A stretch of DNA of 64,000 nucleotides, from NCBI GenBank assembly GCA_018644725.1, contig JABGPZ010000069.1, positions 148,238-212,237 on the forward strand. The letters are read 5' to 3'. Position numbers and translations under genes: made by a program. Numbering within the stretch: position 1 is the first letter of the stretch; every line of letters begins with the position of its first letter. Of the stretch, positions 30,933 to 40,164 are shown piece after piece. Source of the DNA: Phycisphaerales bacterium (GTDB lineage: Bacteria; Planctomycetota; Phycisphaerae; SM23-33). The notes under the pieces were generated by a model. The model was given only the letters and a program-made list of their open reading frames with translations, was not told the DNA's origin and made no database searches.

Positions 30933-31730
30933 ATGCGAATTCAAAATCCCATCCTGATGCTTGTGACGCTGCTGCTGGCAAGTACGGCGGTTTTTGCTGC
31001 GCCTGGTGGTAACAGCGGAGCCGACGGTGTGTCTCTCAAGTACGTCCCGGGTAGCAAGTTCAATGGAAAAGTCTATGTCAACGGCCAGACCTATGCCCAC
31101 GAGTTCGGCTACTTCGGCCCGATTCACATCCAGTTCAAAAATAATTCCTACACGGGCCCGCTTGCCGAGGCCGTCTACAATCAGGCCGACAGCAAGCGGC
31201 ATCTGAACGTTTTCGCGGCTGGGCTCTTCCAGCCTGCGCGCGAGTCGATGCAATTCTACACTATGCTCGACGTGGCCGATGGGCCGCTCGGTGGACCAGA
31301 AAACGCGACCCTGTTGCCCAATGGCATGGGCCCCGAAAAAGCACTCGCACTCGACAAACTGTTCGGGATGTATTACCCCGAGACCATCACTCACGAAGAC
31401 CCCGCTCACGGCGCGGCGTTCCAGGCTGCAATTTGGGAAATCATCTACGAAACCTCCGGCGAGTACAACGTCGGCGATGGTGACTTCATCATCGACGCCG
31501 AAGGCGAAGGCGACTGGTGGAATCTCGCGAACTACTATCTCGCGACCTACGAGGAAGCGACCCAACTGGCGAATCTGATGATCCTCACCAACGATACCTA
31601 TCAGGATTATATCGTCATGGGCACCGGCCAGAAAACGCCCATCACGCCCGTGCCCGAGCCGATCACGCTCGCTGGCCTGGGGCTGTGCGTTCTCGGCGCA
31701 AGTGGATATCTCCGCCGCCGGATGAGCTAG
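30933..31730 (+). CDS. PEP-CTERM sorting-domain protein (paralog B)
   Basis: Signal peptide MRIQNPILMLVTLLLASTAVFA. C-terminal PVPEPITLAGLGLCVLGASGYLRRRMS. Paralog of 28658..29485. Confidence 0.8.
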   Translation: MRIQNPILMLVTLLLASTAVFAAPGGNSGADGVSLKYVPGSKFNGKVYVNGQTYAHEFGYFGPIHIQFKNNSYTGPLAEAVYNQADSKRHLNVFAAGLFQPARESMQFYTMLDVADGPLGGPENATLLPNGMGPEKALALDKLFGMYYPETITHEDPAHGAAFQAAIWEIIYETSGEYNVGDGDFIIDAEGEGDWWNLANYYLATYEEATQLANLMILTNDTYQDYIVMGTGQKTPITPVPEPITLAGLGLCVLGASGYLRRRMS

Positions 31731-31754
31731 ACAAACATTCTGCACACGTCACAA

Positions 31755-31790
31755 CGACAGGAGCCTTGTTGCTCCTGTCGTTTTTTTTTC
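31755..31790 (+). terminator. Rho-independent terminator downstream of PEP-CTERM gene B
   Basis: GACAGGAGCCTTGTTGCTCCTGTC hairpin followed by T9. Confidence 0.8.
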
Positions 31791-31888
31791 GGAAATGGGG
31801 ACTGGTACCCTTTGCTCTGTATAGAAGATCACATTTTCCAGTATCTGGAATTTACACGATGAGATTGTTTCCGTTTATTTGTGTGAAT

Positions 31889-32080
31889 TGAGGCCCGAAG
31901 GGCCGGCCGTCGATAGCCGGGGGCGTAAGCCCCCGGACCAGTGCGAAAAGAAATCGAGCCCCGAAGGGGCGGCAGACATTGGACTCACGATTCTTCTGTC
32001 GCCCTTTCAGGGCTCACTTCGCCGGGCTGTCTACCGGGGGCTTACGCCCCCGGCTATCCACTGTCGCGCCTCCGGCGCTG
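31889..32080. repeat. REPIN-like inverted REP doublet with no transposase between the arms
   Basis: GAGGCCCGAAGGGCC, GATAGCCGGGGGCGTAAGCCCCCGG, GAGCCCCGAAGGGGCGGCAGA on one arm. GCCCTTTCAGGGC, CCGGGGGCTTACGCCCCCGGCTATC, CGCGCCTCCGGCGC on the other. Same modules as the RAYT flanks. Confidence 0.8.
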
Positions 32081-32294
32081 AAACAGACACAATAAAACAA
32101 AATAGTATCGAGCGTGCAGTATCATAGGGTGCGGGAGCTTGTTGCTGTATGCGGAAGAGTGACTGCAAATGATTATGCGGGTGACAAGATATCCGGTCTG
32201 GAAGGCTGTCCCCGGTTTTTTAATTTTCAACCCAATCTTGAAACCTCGGGTGTTTTTCATTGACGCTCTATCGTGTCATTGGCACAATGGAACG

Positions 32295-33422
32295 ATGAAT
32301 TCTCAAGATGCGACATTCATGCGCCGGGCGATTGCGCTGGCCGGACGAGGGGCGGGGATGGTTTCGCCCAATCCGATGGTCGGCTGTGTGATTGTGCGCG
32401 ACGGCGAGATCATCGCCGAAGGGTTCCACACCAAGTATGGCGCACCGCACGCCGAACGCGAAGCGCTGGCCGATGCAGCCGGGCGCAATGTGGATGTGCG
32501 CGGCGCGACGGCCTATGTCACGCTTGAACCGTGTAGCCACTACGGGAAAACTCCGCCGTGCGCGGATGGTTTGATCGAAGCGGGCCTTGGCCGGGTCGTC
32601 GTGGCGATTGAAGATCCCGATTCGCAAGTCGCCGGACGCGGGATTGCAAAACTCCGCGACGCGGGCATCGCCGTCGAGGTCGGCTGTTGCGGCGAGGAGG
32701 TTTGCCGCCAGCTCGCACCCTACATCAAACACCGCACCACCGCGCGGCCGTGGGTGATCGCCAAGTGGGCCCAGACGGCCGATGGCTATCTCGCGCTGCC
32801 GTCGGGCGAAGGCCAATGGATCACCGGAGAGACATCCCGCACGCGCGTTCACGAAATCCGCGCCACGCTCGACGCAATCGCCGTGGGCATCGGCACGGTC
32901 CTCGCCGACGACCCGCTGCTCACCAATCGGACCGGTCGCGGCCGTCAGCCCTTGCGCGTCGTCGTTGATTCGAACCTTCGCATCCCGCTGGACTCCAAGC
33001 TCGTGACCTCGGCCGGCGAATTCCCGCTCCTCGTCGCGACGACGAACGCCGCCGCGCAGGCCAATCCTGAAATCGCCCGGGCACTCCAAGCCGCCGACGT
33101 CGACGTGGTTTCCGTCTCGGCCGATTGTGACGGGCACGTTGATCTGCTGGCATTGCAGAATGAGCTTGGCCAGCGCGGCATCGTCACCCTTCAGTTCGAG
33201 GGCGGCGCGACATTGCTTTGTTCTCTGTTGGACTGTGCGTTGGCCGACGAGTTGCAAGTCTACGTTTCGCCGCATTGCGTCGGCCGGGCGGCGTTGGAGG
33301 CGAATTTGCCAAAATTGGACATCGCGAAGCGCCTTTCCTGCATGAAGTTGCAGATGCTCTGGGAAGAGGGGCTTGGCGAAGATCGATTTATGCAGTTTGT
33401 CAAATCGCCCCCACAGGAGTAA
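32295..33422 (+). CDS. ribD: Bifunctional riboflavin biosynthesis protein RibD (pyrimidine deaminase / reductase)
   Basis: CDA zinc motif HAEREAL...LEPCSHYGKTPPC. C-terminal RibD reductase domain. Start MNSQDATFM at 32295. Confidence 0.9.
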   Translation: MNSQDATFMRRAIALAGRGAGMVSPNPMVGCVIVRDGEIIAEGFHTKYGAPHAEREALADAAGRNVDVRGATAYVTLEPCSHYGKTPPCADGLIEAGLGRVVVAIEDPDSQVAGRGIAKLRDAGIAVEVGCCGEEVCRQLAPYIKHRTTARPWVIAKWAQTADGYLALPSGEGQWITGETSRTRVHEIRATLDAIAVGIGTVLADDPLLTNRTGRGRQPLRVVVDSNLRIPLDSKLVTSAGEFPLLVATTNAAAQANPEIARALQAADVDVVSVSADCDGHVDLLALQNELGQRGIVTLQFEGGATLLCSLLDCALADELQVYVSPHCVGRAALEANLPKLDIAKRLSCMKLQMLWEEGLGEDRFMQFVKSPPQE

Positions 33423-33528
33423 ACCTGCGGGCTTTCGGCCTCGCTCTGGACAGGAAATCCCATTCTTTTTGACTCTTTTGAGGGTTGCCCCTTGAGAATG
33501 GAGGGGGAAATCAGTATCATTTACCTCC

Positions 33529-35253
33529 ATGAGCAAAACCATGGAATTATTGCAATCGGTCGGGAAGTCAACCGACGAATCGGAGTTTTACACCCCGTAC
33601 CCAGCTGGGTACAAAAAGGATAAAACCAAGTTCGTCGTCGTCTTCGGTACAGTCATCTCTGGCCTGGGCAAGGGCATTTTTTCGTCCTCGCTCGCCAAGC
33701 TTCTTAAGGACAAGGGCCTCAAGGTCAGTCCGATTAAGCTTGAAGGCTACCTGAATATTGATTCGGGCACTCTCAACCCCTTCCGCCACGGCGAAGTGTT
33801 CGTCCTCGACGACGGCATGGAAACCGACATGGACCTGGGGACCTATGAGCGCGTGCTGGATCAGAACCTCGGGCGAAAAAACTTCGCCACCAGCGGGCAG
33901 ATCTACTCGACGATCCTCAACAAGGAACGGGCGGGGGACTATCTCGGTCGCGATGTGCAGATGATTCCGCACGTCACCGGCGAGGTCAAGCTGCGTCTGC
34001 GCGAGCTGGCGATGAACACCGACGCGGATGTCGTCTTCGTCGAAGTCGGCGGCACGGTCGGTGATATCGAGAACAGCTTTTATATCGAGGCTCTTCGTGA
34101 GCTGAGCTATGAAGAAGGACCAGGCCAGGTATGCTTCGCGTGCCTGTGCTACATTCTGGCTCCGCCGGCGCTGGGCGAGCAGAAGTCCAAAGCCGCGCAG
34201 CTGGGCATCAAGCGTCTGATGGAATATGGCATTCACCCGGACGTGATCGCGTGTCGCGCCGAGGACGAAGTCGGCCTGAAGGTTCGCGAGAAAATTTCGC
34301 TCTTTACCAACGTGCCCGTCGAGTGCGTTTTCAGCATGCATGATCTGTCGAGCATCTATCTGCTGCCGGAGAACATGCGCGCTGAGGGGCTCGACGACCA
34401 GGTTGTCGAGCAGCTCGGCCTGAAAGATCGCTGCGACGCGGTCGAGGAAGAAAAACACCGCATTGCGTGGCAGGCCTATGTCGAGAAGATCCAGGCCGAA
34501 AAGCCCACCGTCCGCATTGGCGTGACGGGGAAATATGTCTCCCTGCGGGACAGCTACGCGTCGATCATCAAGGCCATCGAGCATTCCGGCATCGCCAATG
34601 AGGTCGAGGTCGAGATTGTCTGGATCGAGACGACCGATGTGAACGAAGAAAACGTAGACGAGATTCTCGGCGGCGTGGACGGAATTATCGTCCCCGGCGG
34701 CTTCGGCAAGCGCGGTACAGAGGGGAAAATCCTCTGCATCGAGCACGCGCGCAAGACCGGCCTGCCGTATCTCGGGATTTGCCTGGGCTTCCAGATGGCG
34801 GTCATCGAATTCGCACGCAACGTCTGCGGACTTGCCGATGCGACGAGCACCGAGCTGGACCCCGAAACGACACACCCGGTGATCAGCATCCTGCCCGACC
34901 AGAAGCTCATCGAGGGCCTCGGCGGAAACATGCGCCTCGGCGGCCAGGACGTGCAGATCACGCCCGGCACGATTGCGTATGACCTGTACGGCCAGAAGGA
35001 GCAGATTCGTCAGCGCTTCCGCCACCGCTATGAAGTGGACCCGAGCTACATTGAGCAGTTCGAGGCGGCCGGGCTGGTGTTCAGCGGGCGCCACCCCGAG
35101 CACCCGATCATGCAGGTGCTGGAGCTGCCCAAGAAGATGCACCCGTACTTCGTCGCCGCGCAGTATCACCCCGAGCTGACCAGCCGTCCGCTGAATCCCC
35201 AGCCGATGTTCGTCGGCCTCATCGAAGCGGCCAAAACCCGCGCGGGGAAATAG
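33529..35253 (+). CDS. pyrG: CTP synthase
   Basis: 574 aa. Synthase domain (VFGTVISGLGKGI) and glutamine amidotransferase domain (GICLGFQ, HPE). ~30-aa N-terminal extension relative to E. coli. Confidence 0.9.
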   Translation: MSKTMELLQSVGKSTDESEFYTPYPAGYKKDKTKFVVVFGTVISGLGKGIFSSSLAKLLKDKGLKVSPIKLEGYLNIDSGTLNPFRHGEVFVLDDGMETDMDLGTYERVLDQNLGRKNFATSGQIYSTILNKERAGDYLGRDVQMIPHVTGEVKLRLRELAMNTDADVVFVEVGGTVGDIENSFYIEALRELSYEEGPGQVCFACLCYILAPPALGEQKSKAAQLGIKRLMEYGIHPDVIACRAEDEVGLKVREKISLFTNVPVECVFSMHDLSSIYLLPENMRAEGLDDQVVEQLGLKDRCDAVEEEKHRIAWQAYVEKIQAEKPTVRIGVTGKYVSLRDSYASIIKAIEHSGIANEVEVEIVWIETTDVNEENVDEILGGVDGIIVPGGFGKRGTEGKILCIEHARKTGLPYLGICLGFQMAVIEFARNVCGLADATSTELDPETTHPVISILPDQKLIEGLGGNMRLGGQDVQITPGTIAYDLYGQKEQIRQRFRHRYEVDPSYIEQFEAAGLVFSGRHPEHPIMQVLELPKKMHPYFVAAQYHPELTSRPLNPQPMFVGLIEAAKTRAGK

Positions 35254-35271
35254 GACAAAAAAGAGAAACAA

Positions 35272-35291
35272 GGGCACGGCATGCCGTGGCC
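35272..35291. repeat. Third copy (1 mismatch) of the GGGCACGGCATGCCGTGCCC palindrome
   Basis: GGGCACGGCATGCCGTGGCC, 18 nt downstream of the pyrG stop codon. Confidence 0.7.
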
Positions 35292-35302
35292 TATGATTGA
35301 AA

Positions 35303-35350
35303 TAAAAAACCGCCTGACGTTCTTTGGAACATCAGGCGGTTTTGTTTTTT
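35303..35350. terminator. Bidirectional rho-independent terminator between the convergent pyrG and sulfatase genes
   Basis: AACCGCCTGACGTTCTTTGGAACATCAGGCGGTT hairpin flanked by an A-run and a T-run. Confidence 0.8.
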
Positions 35351-35359
35351 GCAGGGCGG

Positions 35360-37039
35360 TTATTTGGTTTTCACCTTTTTCGGTTTCGGCCGTTTTGGTT
35401 TCGGTTGCTTAGGATTTGGCCGTTTTGGTTTCGGGGTTGTCCCATGGTCCGAGTAATGGTCTGTGTACGCGGAGGTGTCCGGCGGAGTGGTTCCGCGGAG
35501 CTCTTTGACCAACGTCGCACACCGTTTGCGGAAGTGGGCAAGCGTCTCGGCGCGTGCGGGGTCCGCGGCGAGGTTCGTCAATTCGCCGGGGTCTTTGGCG
35601 AGGTGGAACAGCTCTTCGTAGATCGGTTGTTCCCCGCGGATCGACGCCGTGAGCGCCTTGGCGTGGGGCGTGTCGAGTTTCTTATCGAAGTAGCGGATGT
35701 ACTTCCAGTCCTTGGTTCGGACCCCTTCGCAACGGGGATAGTTTTGGCCCATGAACATGTTCTCGAGGAAGAACTCGTCACGCCAGACCTTGGGGGTGTC
35801 GGTGTCGGCCAGTAGCGGCTTCCACGATTGGCCTTGGGTGTCGGGTGAGGGCTCCAGCCCGGCAAGGCCCAACAGCGTCGGCGCGATGTCGATGTTCAGA
35901 ACGATCTCGTCGCGTTTTTGGCCTTGGAGGGCCTTGGGCGCGCGCGGGTCGAAAACGATCATCGGAACATGGATTGATTCTTCGTAGAGGAACACCTTTC
36001 CGCCGAGGCCGTGTTCGCCGTGCTGAAGGCCGTGGTCGGACGTGTAGAGAATGATGGTGTTTTCGGCGAGGCCATCGGCCTCAAGCTGTTTGCGGACGGC
36101 GCCGACGAGGCGGTCGATGCCGGTGACCGTCTGGCAGGTGCGGATCTGCCGCTCACGCAGGGCTTCGCGCGACAGGACATAATTATAACCGTTCATGAAT
36201 TTCCCGTTCCACACGTTCGCGGGTAGTTTCCGCGACTTGAGTTTCGCCTTCGGGATGTAATTCTGCGGCGTGGGCAGTTTGTCCGCTTGGTCGCGATAGG
36301 CCGTGCGGTAGAGTGCGTCGTCGGTGGGCTTCTTCTCCATCGTACCCGTTCCTGCGCCGTGGGGAACGTTGAAGTTCACCAGCAGGCAGAAGGGCTTGTC
36401 CTTGGGCCTTGCGGTGAGGAATTTCGACGTGCCCTGCAGCGAGGGGTTCTGCTGGAAGAATGCCAGTGCGCCTTCGGTGAAAATTTCCGGCTGGGTGTCG
36501 AGCTTGGCGTCTTTGTAGATTTTGTGCTTTGATTTGGGATAGAAGAAACTGTGGCCGTGATTGCCATACCAGAAGTCGAAGCCTTTGTCCATTACGCCGC
36601 TTTTGTATCCGCCACGGCCGATGGGCGAGTGGTTCTTGCCGACATAGCCGACGAAGTAGCCAGCCTGCTTGAGGCGCATCGGATAGGATCGTCTAAAGGC
36701 GCGCCCGGAGACGGCAGTGCCCGATCCAAACGTGATGCCATGTTTGCGTTCGTACTGGCCGAGCAGGATCGATGTCCGGCTGGGTGTGCAGGCCGCCGTC
36801 GTCACGAAGGCATTGCGGAAGTAGACGCCCTTTGCGGCGAGGTCATCGATGTTGGGTGTTTTGACCACGGGATGGCCCGCGCAGCCGAGATAGTCGGCGC
36901 GCTGGTCGTCGGCGAGAATGACGACGATGTTGGGGCGTTTGGCCTCGGCTTGTTCGGCGAGCAGGGAAGCAGGATTGGCGGTTGCTGCTGCGAGCATGGT
37001 GAGGCCTGTCGATTTGAGGAATGTACGTCGTTGAAGCAT
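35360..37039 (-). CDS. Sulfatase (formylglycine-dependent arylsulfatase family), Tat-secreted, with a Pro/Lys-rich C-terminal tail
   Basis: Tat signal RRTFLKSTGLTMLAAA. Sulfatase signature CTPSRTSILLG (C-x-P-x-R). C-terminal PKPKRPNPKQPKPKRPKPKKVKTK. Confidence 0.85.
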   Translation of the reverse strand: MLQRRTFLKSTGLTMLAAATANPASLLAEQAEAKRPNIVVILADDQRADYLGCAGHPVVKTPNIDDLAAKGVYFRNAFVTTAACTPSRTSILLGQYERKHGITFGSGTAVSGRAFRRSYPMRLKQAGYFVGYVGKNHSPIGRGGYKSGVMDKGFDFWYGNHGHSFFYPKSKHKIYKDAKLDTQPEIFTEGALAFFQQNPSLQGTSKFLTARPKDKPFCLLVNFNVPHGAGTGTMEKKPTDDALYRTAYRDQADKLPTPQNYIPKAKLKSRKLPANVWNGKFMNGYNYVLSREALRERQIRTCQTVTGIDRLVGAVRKQLEADGLAENTIILYTSDHGLQHGEHGLGGKVFLYEESIHVPMIVFDPRAPKALQGQKRDEIVLNIDIAPTLLGLAGLEPSPDTQGQSWKPLLADTDTPKVWRDEFFLENMFMGQNYPRCEGVRTKDWKYIRYFDKKLDTPHAKALTASIRGEQPIYEELFHLAKDPGELTNLAADPARAETLAHFRKRCATLVKELRGTTPPDTSAYTDHYSDHGTTPKPKRPNPKQPKPKRPKPKKVKTK

Positions 37040-37075
37040 AGTCTTCCTTTCTGTATTAGAGTAACGCTGGGTAGG

Positions 37076-38503
37076 TCAATTTGTTGCGTTGTCTGGCGGT
37101 TCGGGGAGATGTGTGAGGATGGCGGCGGTGGCGAGTCCGCCGATGACGTTCGCGGCCGTCAGGCCCCAGAAGATGCCATAGAGCCCGAAGAAGTAGCGCC
37201 CAAGCCACGCCAGCGGGATATAGAGCACCAACAGGCGAATCAGGTCGACCGCGGCGGCCCGGCCGGGGAAGTTCATCGCGTTGTAGATCGCCGCGCCCAT
37301 GAAGTTCATGCTGCGGAACCCCAGGCCGATCGCGATGATCCACAGGTAGTTCGTCATGATCTCCTGGATGTCGGTTTCGGGGCGGAAGATCGGCGCGATG
37401 TGGCCGGCGAACGCGAACGCCAGCAGGCAGCAGAATCCGCCCCAAGCCAGCGAGAACCACATCGCGGCATTTTTCGCGCGGCGGACGCGGTCCATCTTTC
37501 CCGCGCCGAAGTTTTGTCCCACGAACGGCCCGACGGTGGTGTGTAGCGCCCACAGGGCCATCATCACCAGCGCCTCGACGCGCATCCCCGCCGCTTGGGC
37601 GGCGACGGCGGACAGGTTTTCGGCGGAGGCGAGAACTGGGTTGGGATTGGTGCTGTGGCTGTTGAGAAGCCGCGTGACTGCGCCGATGGAAATCGGGAAC
37701 ATCAGCGTCGTCAGCGTCGAGGGAATGCCCACGTAGAGGATCTTGCCCCAGCTTTCGCGCAGCACGCGCAGGCGCGGGAATTCAAATGTCAGCAGGCCCT
37801 TTTTGCGCAGTGCCCACAGGGCATAGATCGCGACGAGGCCACGGCTGATGACGGTCGCCCAGGCCGCGCCCGCCACGCCCATCCGCGGCAGGCCCCAGTG
37901 GCCGAAAATCAGAAGGTAGTCGAGTCCGACGTTGAGAATCGCGCCCGCGATCATCACCACTGACGGCGTGATCGTGTCGCCGGCCGCCCGCAAGGCAGCA
38001 TTGGCCACGCGCGGAATCAGCATCGTCGCCAGGCCGTAATACCAGATCGTCATGTAGGTGCGGATGACCGGCATGGCCTCGGCGGGGGTCTTGAGCAGCG
38101 CGAACACCGGGTCAATGGTCGCCAGGCCGATGACCGTGAGCATCACGCTCGCCAGCACGCTGAGGATCAGCCCGTCGGTGGCGACCTGGCGCGGGCGATG
38201 CGGGTCACCGCCGCCGATGATGCGCGAAAGAACCGAGCTGAGACCCGTGTTGATCCCCATGCCGAACGAGCCGCAGAACACCACTACAGAGAATGTGCAG
38301 CCCATCGCCGCGAGCGCCACTTTGCCGTAGCCGGGGTCGATGACAGAGTCCCAACCCTGTTCGCCGAGATGCCCGACGAAAAGGGTATCGGCAAGGTTGT
38401 ACAGAACATTGGTCAGCATTCCGCCGATCATCGGCAGCGTCATCCAGAAAAGCTGTTTGGCGACGGGCCCCTCGGTGTACAGATCGAATCGCTTGGTCGT
38501 CAC
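37076..38503 (-). CDS. MATE-family efflux transporter
   Basis: 475 aa, 12 predicted TM helices. N-terminal MATE pattern (QLFWMTLPMIGGMLTNVLYNLADTLFVGHLG). GTG start overlapping the upstream stop (GTGA). Confidence 0.75.
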   Translation of the reverse strand: MTTKRFDLYTEGPVAKQLFWMTLPMIGGMLTNVLYNLADTLFVGHLGEQGWDSVIDPGYGKVALAAMGCTFSVVVFCGSFGMGINTGLSSVLSRIIGGGDPHRPRQVATDGLILSVLASVMLTVIGLATIDPVFALLKTPAEAMPVIRTYMTIWYYGLATMLIPRVANAALRAAGDTITPSVVMIAGAILNVGLDYLLIFGHWGLPRMGVAGAAWATVISRGLVAIYALWALRKKGLLTFEFPRLRVLRESWGKILYVGIPSTLTTLMFPISIGAVTRLLNSHSTNPNPVLASAENLSAVAAQAAGMRVEALVMMALWALHTTVGPFVGQNFGAGKMDRVRRAKNAAMWFSLAWGGFCCLLAFAFAGHIAPIFRPETDIQEIMTNYLWIIAIGLGFRSMNFMGAAIYNAMNFPGRAAAVDLIRLLVLYIPLAWLGRYFFGLYGIFWGLTAANVIGGLATAAILTHLPEPPDNATN

Positions 38504-40164
38504 GGCGTGGCTTTCGGCGCGAGAGCCTCGTACATACGTTCATTGAGTTCCATCGTGCCGTAGATGCGCAATTCGATGCCGTGCCGCAACCAGATGCGCT
38601 CGCGCAGGGCCGGGAGAATCGGCGGGACCAGAAGCGGTTTTCCCCCTGCGGAGAACGTGTCGCTGTAGAGATAGTCCGTCATTTGCATCTGGAGGGAGGC
38701 GATGTTTTCATGGTGGGCGACGAGGAAGATCAGCTCCGGCCGGGCGGTCGGATTGGGATGGTTCGGATCGTCAAGATGGTGGAAGTTCCGCAGGTACCAC
38801 GGCAGCGGCCAGAGGCATTCGAGATTTTCCACGAAGAGTTTGATGTTGGTCGTTTTGGCCAATTCGGGATCCGCCGCACGCCAGCGTTCGAGAATCTCTG
38901 CCAGGGCGGGGATGTCTTTGGTGGTGTGGGCATAGACGCTGGGGTTGGCTTCGTTGTCGATGTCGACGAAGCTCGCACGATGGGCGGAGGTGTACTGGAA
39001 GATCGAGAGCACCAGGAGCAGCACGCCTGCAGCAAACCGGCTGTGCAGGCCGTGAGGGCGGGTGAGGCGCAGCAGATCCATCGCTCCACAGCCCGCGAGC
39101 AGACACAGCGGCAAAATCACGCTGAGGATGCACCACGGCGTTTTGTAGGGGATCAGCGAGTAGAGCCCAAACAGCACGAAGGCGTAGATCCCCAGTCCTA
39201 CGCGCCAACGGTGTTGATTGTCGCTGAGGCCAACGCGGCGGTTCCAGCCCGAGACAAATCCGAGCATTGCCAGCGCCAGCAGCGGCGCCTGGGTATAGAT
39301 CCAGCCGTGTGTGGGGGAGTTGAACAGCCAGGTGATGTAGCGCCCGAAGGGGTAGCTGTGGCGGTCGGCCCCCATGGCGCTCGCGTCGCCCGCAGCGCGG
39401 GAGAGGTAGTTCCAGTAGGTCGAAATCGAGTCGCCCAGTGCGGCGGGGTTTTTGCCGAAGTTGCTCAGCAGCACAAACGCCACGCCTGTCGCGACCAGCA
39501 GAGCGGCCGGTGCAAGCCAAAGTCGTCGCCAGCGGATCGGACGGATCGTCTGGCGGAAGTGCCAGGCGACCACGCCCAGCGCGACAGCGGCGGCCGGGAG
39601 GGACAGGACCCACGTCTCTTTTGTGGCGTGGATGAGACCGACGAACATCCCCGCGTAGACAGCCCACAGCCAGCGCGACGAGCGTGTTGGCGAGGCCAAA
39701 GCGCGGGCGATGGAAACCGCCGCGAAGAACCCGAAGCACACGAGGAAGATTTCCTGGATCGAATCGCGGCTGAAGAACACCAGCTCGTGACAGGTCGCCA
39801 CCGCCAGCATCGCCGCGAGGGTTTCGCCATTGCCGAGGGAGTTGCGCATCAGCAGCAGCCCCGCAACAAGCGCGATGCCCACCAGCGCCGCGGGCAGGCG
39901 CAGGTCGTACTCGTCCAGCTCGGCGTGAGTGCGGTGGCCTCGATAATGGGCGACGGCCGCCGAACCGTAATTCAGCGTCGGGCCGTGAAATTCGTGCGGG
40001 TCATACACATAGTCCCCGCGCTCGATGAGGTCGCCGAGCTTTTTGGCGTGAACCGCCTCATCGGTATGGACCGGGCGATTGGCGAGATTCGTCAGCCGCA
40101 GCCCGCAGGCCATGGCCAGGATTCCAAGTGCTACAGAGACGAAGATGAGTCGCTTGAGGATCAT
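38500..40164 (-). CDS. GT-C-fold membrane glycosyltransferase, family 39 (ArnT/PMT_2-like)
   Basis: 554 aa, polytopic. First periplasmic loop carries the DE...H motif (VHTDEAVHAKK) typical of ArnT/PMT-type transferases. Its start overlaps the lpxD stop (ATGA). Confidence 0.55.
   Translation of the reverse strand: MILKRLIFVSVALGILAMACGLRLTNLANRPVHTDEAVHAKKLGDLIERGDYVYDPHEFHGPTLNYGSAAVAHYRGHRTHAELDEYDLRLPAALVGIALVAGLLLMRNSLGNGETLAAMLAVATCHELVFFSRDSIQEIFLVCFGFFAAVSIARALASPTRSSRWLWAVYAGMFVGLIHATKETWVLSLPAAAVALGVVAWHFRQTIRPIRWRRLWLAPAALLVATGVAFVLLSNFGKNPAALGDSISTYWNYLSRAAGDASAMGADRHSYPFGRYITWLFNSPTHGWIYTQAPLLALAMLGFVSGWNRRVGLSDNQHRWRVGLGIYAFVLFGLYSLIPYKTPWCILSVILPLCLLAGCGAMDLLRLTRPHGLHSRFAAGVLLLVLSIFQYTSAHRASFVDIDNEANPSVYAHTTKDIPALAEILERWRAADPELAKTTNIKLFVENLECLWPLPWYLRNFHHLDDPNHPNPTARPELIFLVAHHENIASLQMQMTDYLYSDTFSAGGKPLLVPPILPALRERIWLRHGIELRIYGTMELNERMYEALAPKATP

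Noticed and set aside
32100-32294. Possible FMN riboswitch upstream of ribD
   Set aside because: Looked for the conserved RFN-element blocks (GGATTCAGTTTAAGCTGAAGCCGACAGTGAAAGTCTGGATGGGAGA-like core). None found. The region is mostly the REPIN.
33568-35277. 569-aa - strand ORF
   Set aside because: Antisense to pyrG.
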